Shown here in pieces: positions 12,175 to 21,663 of a stretch of 64,000 nucleotides of DNA; the first letter of the stretch is position 1, and every line of letters begins with the position of its first letter. The translations under genes were made by a program, and so were the position numbers. The stretch is from the NCBI GenBank assembly GCA_963701295.1, contig OY969585.1, positions 2,528,001 through 2,592,000 of the forward strand. The letters run 5' to 3'. Under the pieces are notes generated by a model that had not been told where the DNA came from, searched no databases, and worked only from the letters and a program-made list of their open reading frames with translations. Source of the stretch: Ignavibacteriota bacterium (GTDB lineage Bacteria; Bacteroidota; Ignavibacteria; UBA10030).

Positions 12175-12690
12175 ATGGGTGGCAGAGCTTCACTTATTAT
12201 GGTTATAGGTTTCGCAGTAATTTTCGGTTATATGAATTTTAACATAGCGAAACTTTCATCAAGATCAGCTGAAAATATGGTCGGTTATAATGAGATCGCT
12301 GTATCTCGGAATGTGGCAAGTGCTGGAGCAAATGTAGGACTTGCCGTGCTCTTATACAAGACTTTTCCTCACAATAATAGAATATTGTCGGCAAAAAATT
12401 TTACGAGCGGACCATTTGCCGGCTGTGGCTATACAGTGAGGATCGATAGCTTTTCGAATCCGACATCTTACCTCCGCTTATTAAGTGTGTCTGCTTGTAC
12501 CACATATTTATGTACAGACGCTAATCGAACACACCCCCTTGTTATATCTGATACTGTTGATGTAAGGTTCGATTACACTAAGAATATGTCCTTCTCATCT
12601 TTTGGTTGGATGTCAGTAAGTGAAAATGGCGTAGTTTTTACATCAGGAGATACTTTATGGGGACCAGGTACATTCGAACAGTACTATTAA
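12175..12690 (+). CDS. PilX-like protein, N-terminal part (frameshifted at about 12667)
   Basis: N-terminal TM followed by SRNVASAGAN (PilX-like AEAG helix). Removing one G joins it in frame to 12737..13564 (462 aa). Confidence 0.6.
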   Translation: MGGRASLIMVIGFAVIFGYMNFNIAKLSSRSAENMVGYNEIAVSRNVASAGANVGLAVLLYKTFPHNNRILSAKNFTSGPFAGCGYTVRIDSFSNPTSYLRLLSVSACTTYLCTDANRTHPLVISDTVDVRFDYTKNMSFSSFGWMSVSENGVVFTSGDTLWGPGTFEQYY

Positions 12691-12736
12691 TATTGATCAA
12701 AGCCCAGTATTTTGGGGAAAAGTAACAACCAGCGGA

Positions 12737-13564
12737 GTGTTTAATCCCACAAATAATAGCGGAATATTTAAATCTGGTAAAGAAACAGGAGTTGCTACAA
12801 AACCATTTCCGACTGACCTCTCAGCATTATCATCGGCCGCAACGAATAAGGCCTCTACACAATCTTTAGAACTCTACGTGCAATTGAAACCGGGCGCTTC
12901 TTCTGGCGATAATAATGGTTATGCGCTTGTTAGTACAGGTGGTTTTATGGGTGCCGGCGGCACCAAAGTAGATTCTATACTATTATCAGGTAGCGCCGAT
13001 AACGTGATCTATTCGTCTCAAAATATTCATGTCAAAGGAACCCTCAATGGACGGCTCTCAATTGCAAGTAACAATAATTTGTATATAGAGGGAAATACTG
13101 TCTATGAAGCACCTCCAGATGTATATGATACCGACCCTGGTTTATCACTTACTCCCCCTAGTTTAACGCTTGCTCAAAACCAAACGACAGATATGCTCGG
13201 TCTTATTGCACAGAATAATGTAATAATTCCGAGTAGTATTCAAAGTGACATAAGTATCAATGGAGCTATTTTTGCACAAAATGGTTCTTTTGAGGCAGAC
13301 AATTGGAACGTTTCTCATAGTGGAACATGGAGAATCAACGCTATTGGTTCTATTACCCAGCAGACCCGAGGTGCAGTTGGTCAAACCACCGGTAGTGGAT
13401 TTAAGAAAAGCTACCGTTTTGATCCTCAATTCGATCAAAACTTCTCACTGGACCCCAGTAAGCATCCACCAGCATTCCCCGGATATCTTCAACCATCTAC
13501 ATTGAAGATCGCAAATTGGTGGGAAAGCCCGAGGGTGCCGTTGGACGTCACTCAATATTACTAA
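12737..13564 (+). CDS. PilX/DUF4900-like protein, C-terminal part
   Basis: VKGTLNGRLSI, DMLGLIAQNNV, GSITQQTRGAVG and GFKKSYRFD motifs; the frame is open from 12668. Confidence 0.6.
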   Translation: MFNPTNNSGIFKSGKETGVATKPFPTDLSALSSAATNKASTQSLELYVQLKPGASSGDNNGYALVSTGGFMGAGGTKVDSILLSGSADNVIYSSQNIHVKGTLNGRLSIASNNNLYIEGNTVYEAPPDVYDTDPGLSLTPPSLTLAQNQTTDMLGLIAQNNVIIPSSIQSDISINGAIFAQNGSFEADNWNVSHSGTWRINAIGSITQQTRGAVGQTTGSGFKKSYRFDPQFDQNFSLDPSKHPPAFPGYLQPSTLKIANWWESPRVPLDVTQYY

Positions 13565-13728
13565 GTGGGGTTTTTAAGGTAGTTATTTAGTGTCAGGTCT
13601 TCCGACTCGACATAGACGACGATCGCTGAAGAGAGAATTCATATTTTACTCCTTTGATCTATCAGGATGTCCCGCATTTATATTCCCGAAATCTTACACG
13701 CGATCTCCTAAGAGAGATTTCGGGAATA

Positions 13729-14709
13729 TTACATATACTTACCTGCACGCTTTAACACAAGCGAAACAGTTTCATCTAACCGGACGTTAGAAATGCGTGC
13801 GCCAGCAGCGTTTTTATGTCCGTTGCCGCCAAATTCTTTTGCCAATTCATTCATTGAAATATCACCTTTAGAGCGAAAGTTCACTTTTATTATTCCATCC
13901 AACTCGGAAAACATTAATCCAATCTGAACACCTTCCATGGTTAAGGTATAGGGTACAAATGCATCAGTATCCTCTTCGGTTGTTCCGGTAGTCTCAAACA
14001 TTTCATGCGTGAGAACAATGTAGGCGAGCTTTCCATCGTACAATGTCTGCAAGTTGGCAAGCGCCATTCCTAACAACCGCAAGCGTTTTACTGAAGTACG
14101 TTCATACACCTGTTCATAAATGGCAACAGGATCGGCTCCTGCTTGAAGAAGATGTGCAACGATTGTGTGAACTTCCGAATCAGTCTTCTCATATCGAAAT
14201 GAACCGGTATCGGTCATAATCGCTGTGTAGAGAGACGTCGCTGTTATGTGGTCGATCGTTCCGCCTGCCAAAGAGATAAAGTTATAAATGATCTCCCCTG
14301 TTGCAGATGATTGTTCGTCTAAAAGATAAAGATCCGCAAACTCGCCCGGCTCTGGATGGTGGTCGATGCAGACCTTTACGGCATGACTTTTCATGATGAA
14401 CGGTGTCATTGCAGCTAATCTATCCGGATGATTCGCATCGAGTAAGATAATAACTTCAGCATCCTCAACAATGTTCGCATGGTATGACGGATCGAATTGA
14501 AGGATAGGATGGAGTTGGTGAAGAAAGAGATAGTTCTCCGGTGTCGAACTGCAATTCAAAATAGAAGCTTGTTTGCCTCTTCCTTCGAGATAATGGGCGA
14601 GAGCAACTTCAGAGCCGAGGCCGTCGCCGTCAGGATTTACATGGGAAGTCAGGATAAACCGTTTATGAGAATCGATAATCGTTTTAAATGTTTCAAACTG
14701 GAGCGGCAA
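13729..14709 (-). CDS. nrnA: DHH/DHHA1 oligoribonuclease/PAP phosphatase
   Basis: HVNPDGDGLGS, IDHH, TDTGSF, GGNGHKNAAG. Confidence 0.9.
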   Translation of the reverse strand: MPLQFETFKTIIDSHKRFILTSHVNPDGDGLGSEVALAHYLEGRGKQASILNCSSTPENYLFLHQLHPILQFDPSYHANIVEDAEVIILLDANHPDRLAAMTPFIMKSHAVKVCIDHHPEPGEFADLYLLDEQSSATGEIIYNFISLAGGTIDHITATSLYTAIMTDTGSFRYEKTDSEVHTIVAHLLQAGADPVAIYEQVYERTSVKRLRLLGMALANLQTLYDGKLAYIVLTHEMFETTGTTEEDTDAFVPYTLTMEGVQIGLMFSELDGIIKVNFRSKGDISMNELAKEFGGNGHKNAAGARISNVRLDETVSLVLKRAGKYM

Positions 14710-14742
14710 TGGGATTCCTTATTGTAATAGATACAGTGACAG

Positions 14743-14779
14743 AAAAAAAGGTGTGATCTCCTTCTCGAAACCACACCCC
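14743..14779 (-). terminator. Rho-independent terminator after korB
   Basis: Minus strand GGTGTGGT...ATCACACC stem followed by T7. Confidence 0.65.
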
Positions 14780-14803
14780 GCACATCAAGATATTAAAAAA
14801 TTA

Positions 14804-15802
14804 TTAAATTGTCCAAGTCTCACCGGAATTCAGAAGTTTCTCCATATTTCCTTCGCCTCGTTTCTCTTTTGCAAATTCGATCTGGCGCTGCATTTCGCTT
14901 TCGTATGTTGGGCGTTCTATGGAAAGAAACACTCCCAGCGGACGCGGCATATGAGAATGGTAGGTCATATCTGCCAGAATGAAGGAAAGTGTTGTGTCCG
15001 TTTCGTTATGTACAAGCAGGTCATTGATGGAAGCCTTGCCTTCCTTGAGCGATACAACCTCGGGGGAGAATCCATTCAGGCGAATGCCTTTGTCTTTTTC
15101 TTTGCCGAAAATGAGCGGCTTGCCATGTTCGAGATAAATCACGCTATCGTCTTTTGTCTCTTTCTCTGTGAACTGAAGGAATGCGCCGTCGTTGAACACA
15201 TTGCAGTTTTGGTAGATTTCGACGAATGAGGTTCCCTTGTGGTCATGAGCGCGTTTCAGGATCGATTGGAGATGCTTCGGATCACGATCGAGCGTACGTG
15301 CAACGAATGTTGCGCTGGCGCCGAGTGCAAGCGAGGCAGGATTGAATGGATAATCAAGAGAGCCGTACGGCGTCGATTTTGTGATCTTTCCTTTTTCGGA
15401 TGTCGGTGAGTATTGTCCTTTGGTCAATCCATAGATCTGATTATTGAATAAAAGAACATTGACATCAATATTGCGGCGCAGGAGGTGAATGAGATGATTG
15501 CCGCCTATACTCATACCGTCACCATCGCCTGTAACGACCCAAACGGAAAGATCAGGTTTCGCAAGCTTAACACCTGAGGCAATTGCCGTTGCACGTCCGT
15601 GAATTCCATGAAATCCGTACGTATCCATATAATAAGGGAAACGACTGGAACAACCAATGCCGGAGACGAAGACGATTTGATGCTTCGGGATGCCGATATC
15701 GGGCATAATGCGTTGCGCTTGTGCGAGGATGGAATAGTCGCCGCATCCCGGACACCACCGGACTTCTTGATCACTTTGGAAATCTTTTGAAGTGTATTTC
15801 AA
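14804..15802 (-). CDS. korB: 2-oxoacid:ferredoxin oxidoreductase beta subunit
   Basis: WCPGCGD, SGIGCSSR, HGRA and GDGD TPP motif. Confidence 0.93.
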   Translation of the reverse strand: MKYTSKDFQSDQEVRWCPGCGDYSILAQAQRIMPDIGIPKHQIVFVSGIGCSSRFPYYMDTYGFHGIHGRATAIASGVKLAKPDLSVWVVTGDGDGMSIGGNHLIHLLRRNIDVNVLLFNNQIYGLTKGQYSPTSEKGKITKSTPYGSLDYPFNPASLALGASATFVARTLDRDPKHLQSILKRAHDHKGTSFVEIYQNCNVFNDGAFLQFTEKETKDDSVIYLEHGKPLIFGKEKDKGIRLNGFSPEVVSLKEGKASINDLLVHNETDTTLSFILADMTYHSHMPRPLGVFLSIERPTYESEMQRQIEFAKEKRGEGNMEKLLNSGETWTI

Positions 15803-15855
15803 GTTGCCACCTCATTGAAATTGTATGGGGATTTTTTCTATAAGATTGCTCATGG

Positions 15856-17694
15856 TCAATGTCCTTTGATAAGCTCATCGATCTTGAACTCGATCTCTTC
15901 AGCGAGGAACGGTGCTCCTTGTACTTTATTGAGTCCAACCGCAGGCACGAGGTAATTGGCACGTATGACCATGATGAGTTGACCTAAATTAAGTTCAGGA
16001 ACGAGAATCGTTTTGAACCGGGAGATGATTTCTCCAATATTCTTTTGCATTGGATTGAGATATCGCAAGTGCAAATGTGAAACATGATGTCCCTTTGCAT
16101 GGTGGCGCTGTACTGCTGTTTTAATTGCTCCGTAAGTACTTCCCCATCCGATAACCAAAACATCCCCTTGTCGGTCACCTTCAATTTCTGCCGTTGGGAT
16201 GTCGTTAGAAATTCGCTCAACTTTTTCGGATCGTAAGCGAACCATGAGTTCATGATTTGCCGCTTCATAGTTGACATTCCCTGTAAGATTTTGTTTCTCC
16301 AGGCCTCCGATACGATGTTCAAGTCCCGGAGTGCCGGGGATTGCCCAAGGACGTGCAAGGGTTATCTCATCACGTTCATATGGGAGAAATCCTTTTGGGT
16401 CGGTTCTGAAGTGAGGAAGAATATCCGGAAGTTTTTCGTACTCAGGAATCAACCACGGCTCAGAACCATTGCCGAGATAGCCGTCCGTTAGGCAGATAAC
16501 TGGAGTCATATATTTGATTGCGATGCGTGCAGATTCATAGACGACATTGAAACAATCAGAAGGTGTTGCGGCAGCAATGACCGGAATAGGCGCTTCGCCG
16601 TTGCGTCCATAGAGGGCTTGAAGTAAATCGGCTTGTTCTGTTTTCGTAGGTAAACCGGTGCTTGGGCCGCCGCGCTGAACATTGATAACGACAAGAGGCA
16701 ATTCGACCATCACCGCAAGTCCTAACGCTTCAGTTTTCAAAGAGAGCCCGGGTCCGCTTGTTGTTGTTGCACCAAGCGCTCCGGCAAAAGACGCACCAAT
16801 GGCAGACGTGATGCCTGCAATCTCGTCTTCCGCCTGAAACGTTTTTACACCAAGATTCTTGTAAAGAGAAAGTTCATGTAAAATATCACTCGCTGGCGTA
16901 ATAGGATAACTGCCAAGGAAGAGATCGATTTTTGCCTTTTGTGCTGCTGCCATCAAACCCCATGCAGTCGCTTGGTTGCCTGTAATATTTCTATATTTTC
17001 CCGGTGCAAGCCGTGCCGGTGCAACCGCATAACGCACTTTGAAGAGTTCGGTTGTCTCGCCATAATTCCATCCTGCTTTCAATACTCGTATGTTTGCTTC
17101 ACGAATATCCGGCGTGGTGGCAAACTTTTCGGCAAGCCATTTCAGTGTAGGTTCCAGAGGGCGATCATATAACCAGTACATCATACCGAGAGCAAAAAAA
17201 TTTTTTGAGCGATCAACGAGCTTGCTGGAGAGATTCATTTCTTGTAGTGACGTGATGGTTAACTTTGTAATATCCACCTCAAATACTTGATAGGTCGAGA
17301 GGGATTCGTCTTTCAGAGGATTGGAAGAATATCCTGCAAGCTTAAGGTTCTTGTCGTTAAAACCGTCGGTGTTGGCGATAATGGAACCGCCCTTGATGAG
17401 CGAGTGCAGATTGACTTTTAGTGCGGCGGCGTTCATTGCTACAAGCATATCGCATGAATCACCGGGGGTGTTGATCTCCGAGCTGCCGAAATGGATTTGG
17501 AATCCGCTGACGCCGGATGTCGTTCCTTGCGGTGCTCGAATTTCAGCAGGATAATCAGGCAGAGTGCTTAAATCGTTCCCAAGAATAGCGGTCGTGTTAG
17601 TGAATTGTGTGCCAGCGAGCTGCATTCCGTCACCGGAATCTCCGGCGAAACGAATAGTAGCTTCATCAAGATTTCTAAATTTCTTCTCTCTCAT
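15856..17694 (-). CDS. korA: 2-oxoacid:ferredoxin oxidoreductase alpha subunit (gamma-alpha fusion)
   Basis: AGDSGDGMQ, YPITPAS, QAEDEIAG, TSGPG, QRGGPSTGLPT. Confidence 0.94.
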   Translation of the reverse strand: MREKKFRNLDEATIRFAGDSGDGMQLAGTQFTNTTAILGNDLSTLPDYPAEIRAPQGTTSGVSGFQIHFGSSEINTPGDSCDMLVAMNAAALKVNLHSLIKGGSIIANTDGFNDKNLKLAGYSSNPLKDESLSTYQVFEVDITKLTITSLQEMNLSSKLVDRSKNFFALGMMYWLYDRPLEPTLKWLAEKFATTPDIREANIRVLKAGWNYGETTELFKVRYAVAPARLAPGKYRNITGNQATAWGLMAAAQKAKIDLFLGSYPITPASDILHELSLYKNLGVKTFQAEDEIAGITSAIGASFAGALGATTTSGPGLSLKTEALGLAVMVELPLVVINVQRGGPSTGLPTKTEQADLLQALYGRNGEAPIPVIAAATPSDCFNVVYESARIAIKYMTPVICLTDGYLGNGSEPWLIPEYEKLPDILPHFRTDPKGFLPYERDEITLARPWAIPGTPGLEHRIGGLEKQNLTGNVNYEAANHELMVRLRSEKVERISNDIPTAEIEGDRQGDVLVIGWGSTYGAIKTAVQRHHAKGHHVSHLHLRYLNPMQKNIGEIISRFKTILVPELNLGQLIMVIRANYLVPAVGLNKVQGAPFLAEEIEFKIDELIKGH

Positions 17695-17817
17695 AGTATT
17701 TCTTTGTCTTATGCTTTTATATCGCCATATAAAATAGCTAAAGGAAACTTAATCGATTGTTCATTCAGAACGACTGTCTATTAAACATTACTTTTAACAA
17801 AAAGAATCCCAAAACAG

Positions 17818-17848
17818 AAAAAAAAGGCAGCGTGTGAGGCTGCCTTTT
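17818..17848 (-). terminator. Rho-independent terminator after rplI
   Basis: AAAAGGCAGC...GCTGCCTTTT stem with T-run. Confidence 0.8.
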
Positions 17849-17884
17849 CGGTATTCTATAATGTATTCTTGTGAAACCATAAGA

Positions 17885-18328
17885 CTATTCTCTCACAATC
17901 CATACCTTAATCTTGCCCAGCACGCCACCAGCAAGTTTGACAGGTACATCATAAATGCCAAGAGCTTTGAGAGGTTCTTCCAATTCAATATGCCGTTTAT
18001 CTAAGGTGATCTCTTTTTCCACAAGTGCGTCGGCGATCATCTGAGAAGTGACGGAACCAAAAAGCTTATCTTCCTCGCCAACTTTCATTTTGATGGTGAC
18101 AGAAATTTTTTCAAGCTGTACGGCAAGGGTCTCAGCCTGTTTACGCTCTTTATCAACGAAACGAGATTGCTGTTTGCGTTCTTCCTCAAGCTGGCGTAAA
18201 CTGCCTTCTGTGGCTTCGTACGCAATGCCGCGCGGAATGAGATAATTACGTGCATATCCGTCTTTCACAGATACAACCTCACTTATACCGCCCAGTTTAT
18301 CTGAGTTTTTTCTTAATATTACTTTCAT
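17885..18328 (-). CDS. rplI: 50S ribosomal protein L9
   Basis: VKDGYARNYLIPRG, KLFGSVT. Confidence 0.97.
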   Translation of the reverse strand: MKVILRKNSDKLGGISEVVSVKDGYARNYLIPRGIAYEATEGSLRQLEEERKQQSRFVDKERKQAETLAVQLEKISVTIKMKVGEEDKLFGSVTSQMIADALVEKEITLDKRHIELEEPLKALGIYDVPVKLAGGVLGKIKVWIVRE

Positions 18329-18369
18329 AGTACATACTCCTTTTACACAAAAATCATGATGAAAATTAC

Positions 18370-18720
18370 TTAACTCACAGCGTCATTGACAAACGATAAC
18401 AATGCAAGATGCCGGGCACGTTTGATGGCGTTTACCAGTTGGCGCTGATGACGAGTGCAAGTGCCCGTAATTCGGCGAGGAATGATCTTACCTTGCTCGG
18501 ACACGAAGCGTTGAAGGCGTTTCTCATTTTTATAATCAATATAGACATCCTTTGCATCGCAGAATCTGCATGTTCGTTTCTTCCGTTGTAGTTGTTGTCG
18601 ATTTGTGGAACGCTGACCGTTCGGAGAAGCATCGCGTCGATATCCGCCGCGCTGTGGTCCTCCTGATGATCCTCCTCGTTGCGGTCCCCGTGGATTTGAT
18701 GAACGCTGTGTTATAGCCAT
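18370..18720 (-). CDS. rpsR: 30S ribosomal protein S18 (Cys-containing form) with N-terminal extension
   Basis: [30 protein letters not shown]. Confidence 0.96.
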   Translation of the reverse strand: MAITQRSSNPRGPQRGGSSGGPQRGGYRRDASPNGQRSTNRQQLQRKKRTCRFCDAKDVYIDYKNEKRLQRFVSEQGKIIPRRITGTCTRHQRQLVNAIKRARHLALLSFVNDAVS

Positions 18721-18754
18721 AATGTATATCCTTCCTTATCTATCGTTGTGAAAA

Positions 18755-19198
18755 TCATATATTGCTTGGGGTTGAGGTTTCTGGAACCTGAGCAATGTCC
18801 TCGGTGAGAGCCACCAGAGGGGAACCACTTGTCGATGGAACAGCGGCAGGAGCTAATTGTTTCATGAGATCGCTTGCTGAGATGCGAGCCTGCAATGCCT
18901 TCTTATCCAATGCAATAATGAGAAATCGAATAATGTTTTCATCGAGTTGGAAATGGCGTTCAAGTCTTGCCACGATGTCACCGCTAGAGGTGAACTCGCA
19001 CAACACATAGAATCCATTGTTTTTCTTTTTAATTGGATACGCGAATCGCTTGCGCCCCCATTTTGCCAACTCCATAATTTCACCGCTATGCTTGACGATG
19101 AGTTCCTTTACCTTTTCGATAACGGCGTCAATCTGTGGGTCATCGAGTCCGGCGTTCACAATGAACGTCGTCTCGTAGATCTTTTGCTTCTGTGACAT
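18755..19198 (-). CDS. rpsF: 30S ribosomal protein S6
   Basis: YETTFIV, WGRKRFAYPIKK; ATG at 19198. Confidence 0.96.
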   Translation of the reverse strand: MSQKQKIYETTFIVNAGLDDPQIDAVIEKVKELIVKHSGEIMELAKWGRKRFAYPIKKKNNGFYVLCEFTSSGDIVARLERHFQLDENIIRFLIIALDKKALQARISASDLMKQLAPAAVPSTSGSPLVALTEDIAQVPETSTPSNI

Positions 19199-19204
19199 AG
19201 ATAT

Positions 19205-19273
19205 GTTCCCTTTGGACTTGTGATAATGATGACCCACTCAATCGGGAGATATGTTCCGACAAGAGGGCAGGGT
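19205..19273 (-). promoter_or_regulatory. Putative S6:S18-binding rpsF leader RNA
   Basis: Minus strand CCCT-CTTGT ... ACAAG-TCCAA-AGGG: two stems with a CC-containing bulge, the 3' arm overlapping the rpsF RBS. Confidence 0.6.
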
Positions 19274-19276
19274 TAT

Positions 19277-19870
19277 TTAACTACTTTCTTCACTTAATGT
19301 AGTATTAAATCGGTTCATTGTCCGATCTATACCATCTTCGATATACGATATACATACGTCGCGTGCTCGTTCTACCATCAACTTCACATTCGGAAACTCA
19401 GATTCGGAAAACTGGTCAAGCACAAAATCTTTCATCTTGGTTTTTTCTGCAGGCATCATTGCAGATGCAATGCCACAGCGAAGTCTGGCAAACTGATCCG
19501 TCTGTAAATGATAAATGACAGACGATAATCCATTGTGTCCACCATCTGTTCCATTCTGCCTCAGTCGAATTGTGCCCAGGGGTAGTTGAAAGTCATCGCA
19601 CAGCACGAGTAAATTATCTAACAGAATTTCCTGTTGTTCCAGAAATTCATGAACAGCGATTCCACTGTTGTTCATGAAGGTTGCTGGTTTCAATAATGCG
19701 ACTTCTACGTTATTCAAAGAACATTGCGCAAGCCAGTATTCACCTTTGCCGGGGCGAAAGGTGACACCTGATACGGCTGCGACCTCATCGACGACCAGGA
19801 AACCCACATTGTGGCGAGTCCTTGTATATTCTCTTCCGTGATTTCCCAATCCAACGATACAATACATCAA
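19277..19870 (-). CDS. pth: Peptidyl-tRNA hydrolase
   Basis: VGLGN, TRHNVGF, KPxTFMNNSG, GGHNGL. Confidence 0.96.
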   Translation of the reverse strand: MMYCIVGLGNHGREYTRTRHNVGFLVVDEVAAVSGVTFRPGKGEYWLAQCSLNNVEVALLKPATFMNNSGIAVHEFLEQQEILLDNLLVLCDDFQLPLGTIRLRQNGTDGGHNGLSSVIYHLQTDQFARLRCGIASAMMPAEKTKMKDFVLDQFSESEFPNVKLMVERARDVCISYIEDGIDRTMNRFNTTLSEESS

Positions 19871-19891
19871 ATCTCAAAGACGAATAGAAAG

Positions 19892-20620
19892 TTATTTCTT
19901 TTTCTCTTCAGGTTTCTTTTTCTCTTCAGGTTTCTTCTTTTCATCCGGTTTCTTTTTCTCGTCTGCTACTTCGGCACCTTCTTCAGGCTTTTTACCCTTT
20001 GCTATAACTTCTGGCTCAGCGAGTGCTTCAGCTGTAGGTGCAACAACAGCAGCCACTTCGGCTTCTTTCACCACTACAGGCGGAACCACAGCGACAACAG
20101 TGCTGGTTTCGTTTTCCAGGATTTTCACATCTGGAATTTTCAGATCCTTCACATGAACAGAACGGTTGATCTCCAACTCTTCTACATTAATCTCGACATG
20201 GTCCGGAATATTCTTTGGCAGGCACGAGACTTTCAGCTTATGTAAAATATGCTGCAGGATTCCACCTTCACGGACGCCTTTCGGAATGCCGCCTGTCAAC
20301 TTGACCGGTACTTCTATGGTTAGTAATTCGTTCTGATTCAAACCGAACAAATCAAAATGCACAGGTGACTCAGTCACCGGATCGAGTTGCACGTCTCTCA
20401 AGACGCACATATGGGATGAACCGTCATCCAACTTTAAATTGATGACATGCATTGCCGAAGTTGTGTATAGCGGCTTGAGCGATACTTCCGATAAAGATAC
20501 CGGAATATTCTGCTGTCCGTGTCCATAGTAGATTCCAGGTACTTTGCCTGTTCCACGAAGTGCACGTGAGCGTTTGCCAACGTCCTTTCGGATTTCCGCG
20601 GTTAATGTTATTTCAGACAT
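19892..20620 (-). CDS. rplY: 50S ribosomal protein L25/Ctc
   Basis: LRGTGKVPGIYYG, HFDL, GVREGG; C-terminal EKKKP repeats. Confidence 0.95.
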   Translation of the reverse strand: MSEITLTAEIRKDVGKRSRALRGTGKVPGIYYGHGQQNIPVSLSEVSLKPLYTTSAMHVINLKLDDGSSHMCVLRDVQLDPVTESPVHFDLFGLNQNELLTIEVPVKLTGGIPKGVREGGILQHILHKLKVSCLPKNIPDHVEINVEELEINRSVHVKDLKIPDVKILENETSTVVAVVPPVVVKEAEVAAVVAPTAEALAEPEVIAKGKKPEEGAEVADEKKKPDEKKKPEEKKKPEEKKK

Positions 20621-20634
20621 CGTGTATCTCCTCG

Positions 20635-21606
20635 TTAAGACTTATCTTTATCAACATCAAATAATGAACTGATGGATTCGTTCCGGTGTGTCCGGAGAAT
20701 CGCTTGAGCAAAAAGATTTGCTATTGAGCGTACTTTGATTTTCGAGCATTCCTGCTTTAATGGAAGAGTATCGGTCACAACCAGTTCCGTGACGACGGAA
20801 TCTTCGATCCGTGAATACGCTTTTCCGGATAAAATAGGATGCGTGCATGCCCCAAAAATTTCTTTTGCTCCATTCTTTTTCAATGCTTGTGCAGCGTTGA
20901 CGAACGTACCGGCTGTATCAATCAAATCGTCAACGATGAGAATGTTTTTATTATCAACAGTACCGATAATGTTTAATACTTCGGCTTCATTTGCTTTCGG
21001 CCGGCGTTTATCAATGAGAATTAAGTCGCAACCGAGCCGTCTTGCATACGAACGCGCCATTTTAATGCTCCCGACATCAGGGGAAGCGACAGCGAGATTT
21101 GAGATGTTCTTTTTTTTAAAACATTCAATTAACACTGGCGAAGAATACAGATGATCCATCGGAATATCAAAGAAACCCTGGATCTGTGCTGTATGCAAAT
21201 CCATCGTGACTACGCGATCGGCACCTGCCTTTGTGATCAAATTAGCAACAAGCTTTGCGCTGATCGATACACGCGGTTGATCTTTTCGATCCTGACGAGC
21301 ATATCCAAAATACGGAATGACTGCCGTGACACGTTTTGCTGATGCTCGTTTTGCTGCATCGAGCATAATAAGTAATTCCATCAAATTTTCAGCCGGCGGT
21401 TGTGTCGGTTGAATAATAAAGACATCATCACCGCGTATGTTTTCGACAAACTTGACCCAGAGTTCACCATCGCTAAATGTCTGGAAAGCGACTTCTCCAA
21501 GCGGGATCTTTGCTTCAGTGCAAATTTGTTTTGCCAATAGGCGATTTGATCGTCCCGAGAAAATTTTCAACTCGCTCATCAACTTCCTTTCGTCAGTATC
21601 CATCAT
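20635..21606 (-). CDS. prs: Ribose-phosphate pyrophosphokinase
   Basis: FSDGE, PYFGYARQDRK, DLH, VDDLIDTAGT; the start may be ATG 21579. Confidence 0.97.
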   Translation of the reverse strand: MMDTDERKLMSELKIFSGRSNRLLAKQICTEAKIPLGEVAFQTFSDGELWVKFVENIRGDDVFIIQPTQPPAENLMELLIMLDAAKRASAKRVTAVIPYFGYARQDRKDQPRVSISAKLVANLITKAGADRVVTMDLHTAQIQGFFDIPMDHLYSSPVLIECFKKKNISNLAVASPDVGSIKMARSYARRLGCDLILIDKRRPKANEAEVLNIIGTVDNKNILIVDDLIDTAGTFVNAAQALKKNGAKEIFGACTHPILSGKAYSRIEDSVVTELVVTDTLPLKQECSKIKVRSIANLFAQAILRTHRNESISSLFDVDKDKS

Positions 21607-21663
21607 TCATTTCAACTAAGAGAACACAAAAATTCAGCACCATCTTAATGATTATGCTCATTA

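Noticed and set aside
15812-15814. Selenocysteine recoding of the TGA upstream of korB
   Set aside because: The position is in a non-catalytic N-terminal stretch, not a Cys-equivalent site, and I see no SECIS-like hairpin.
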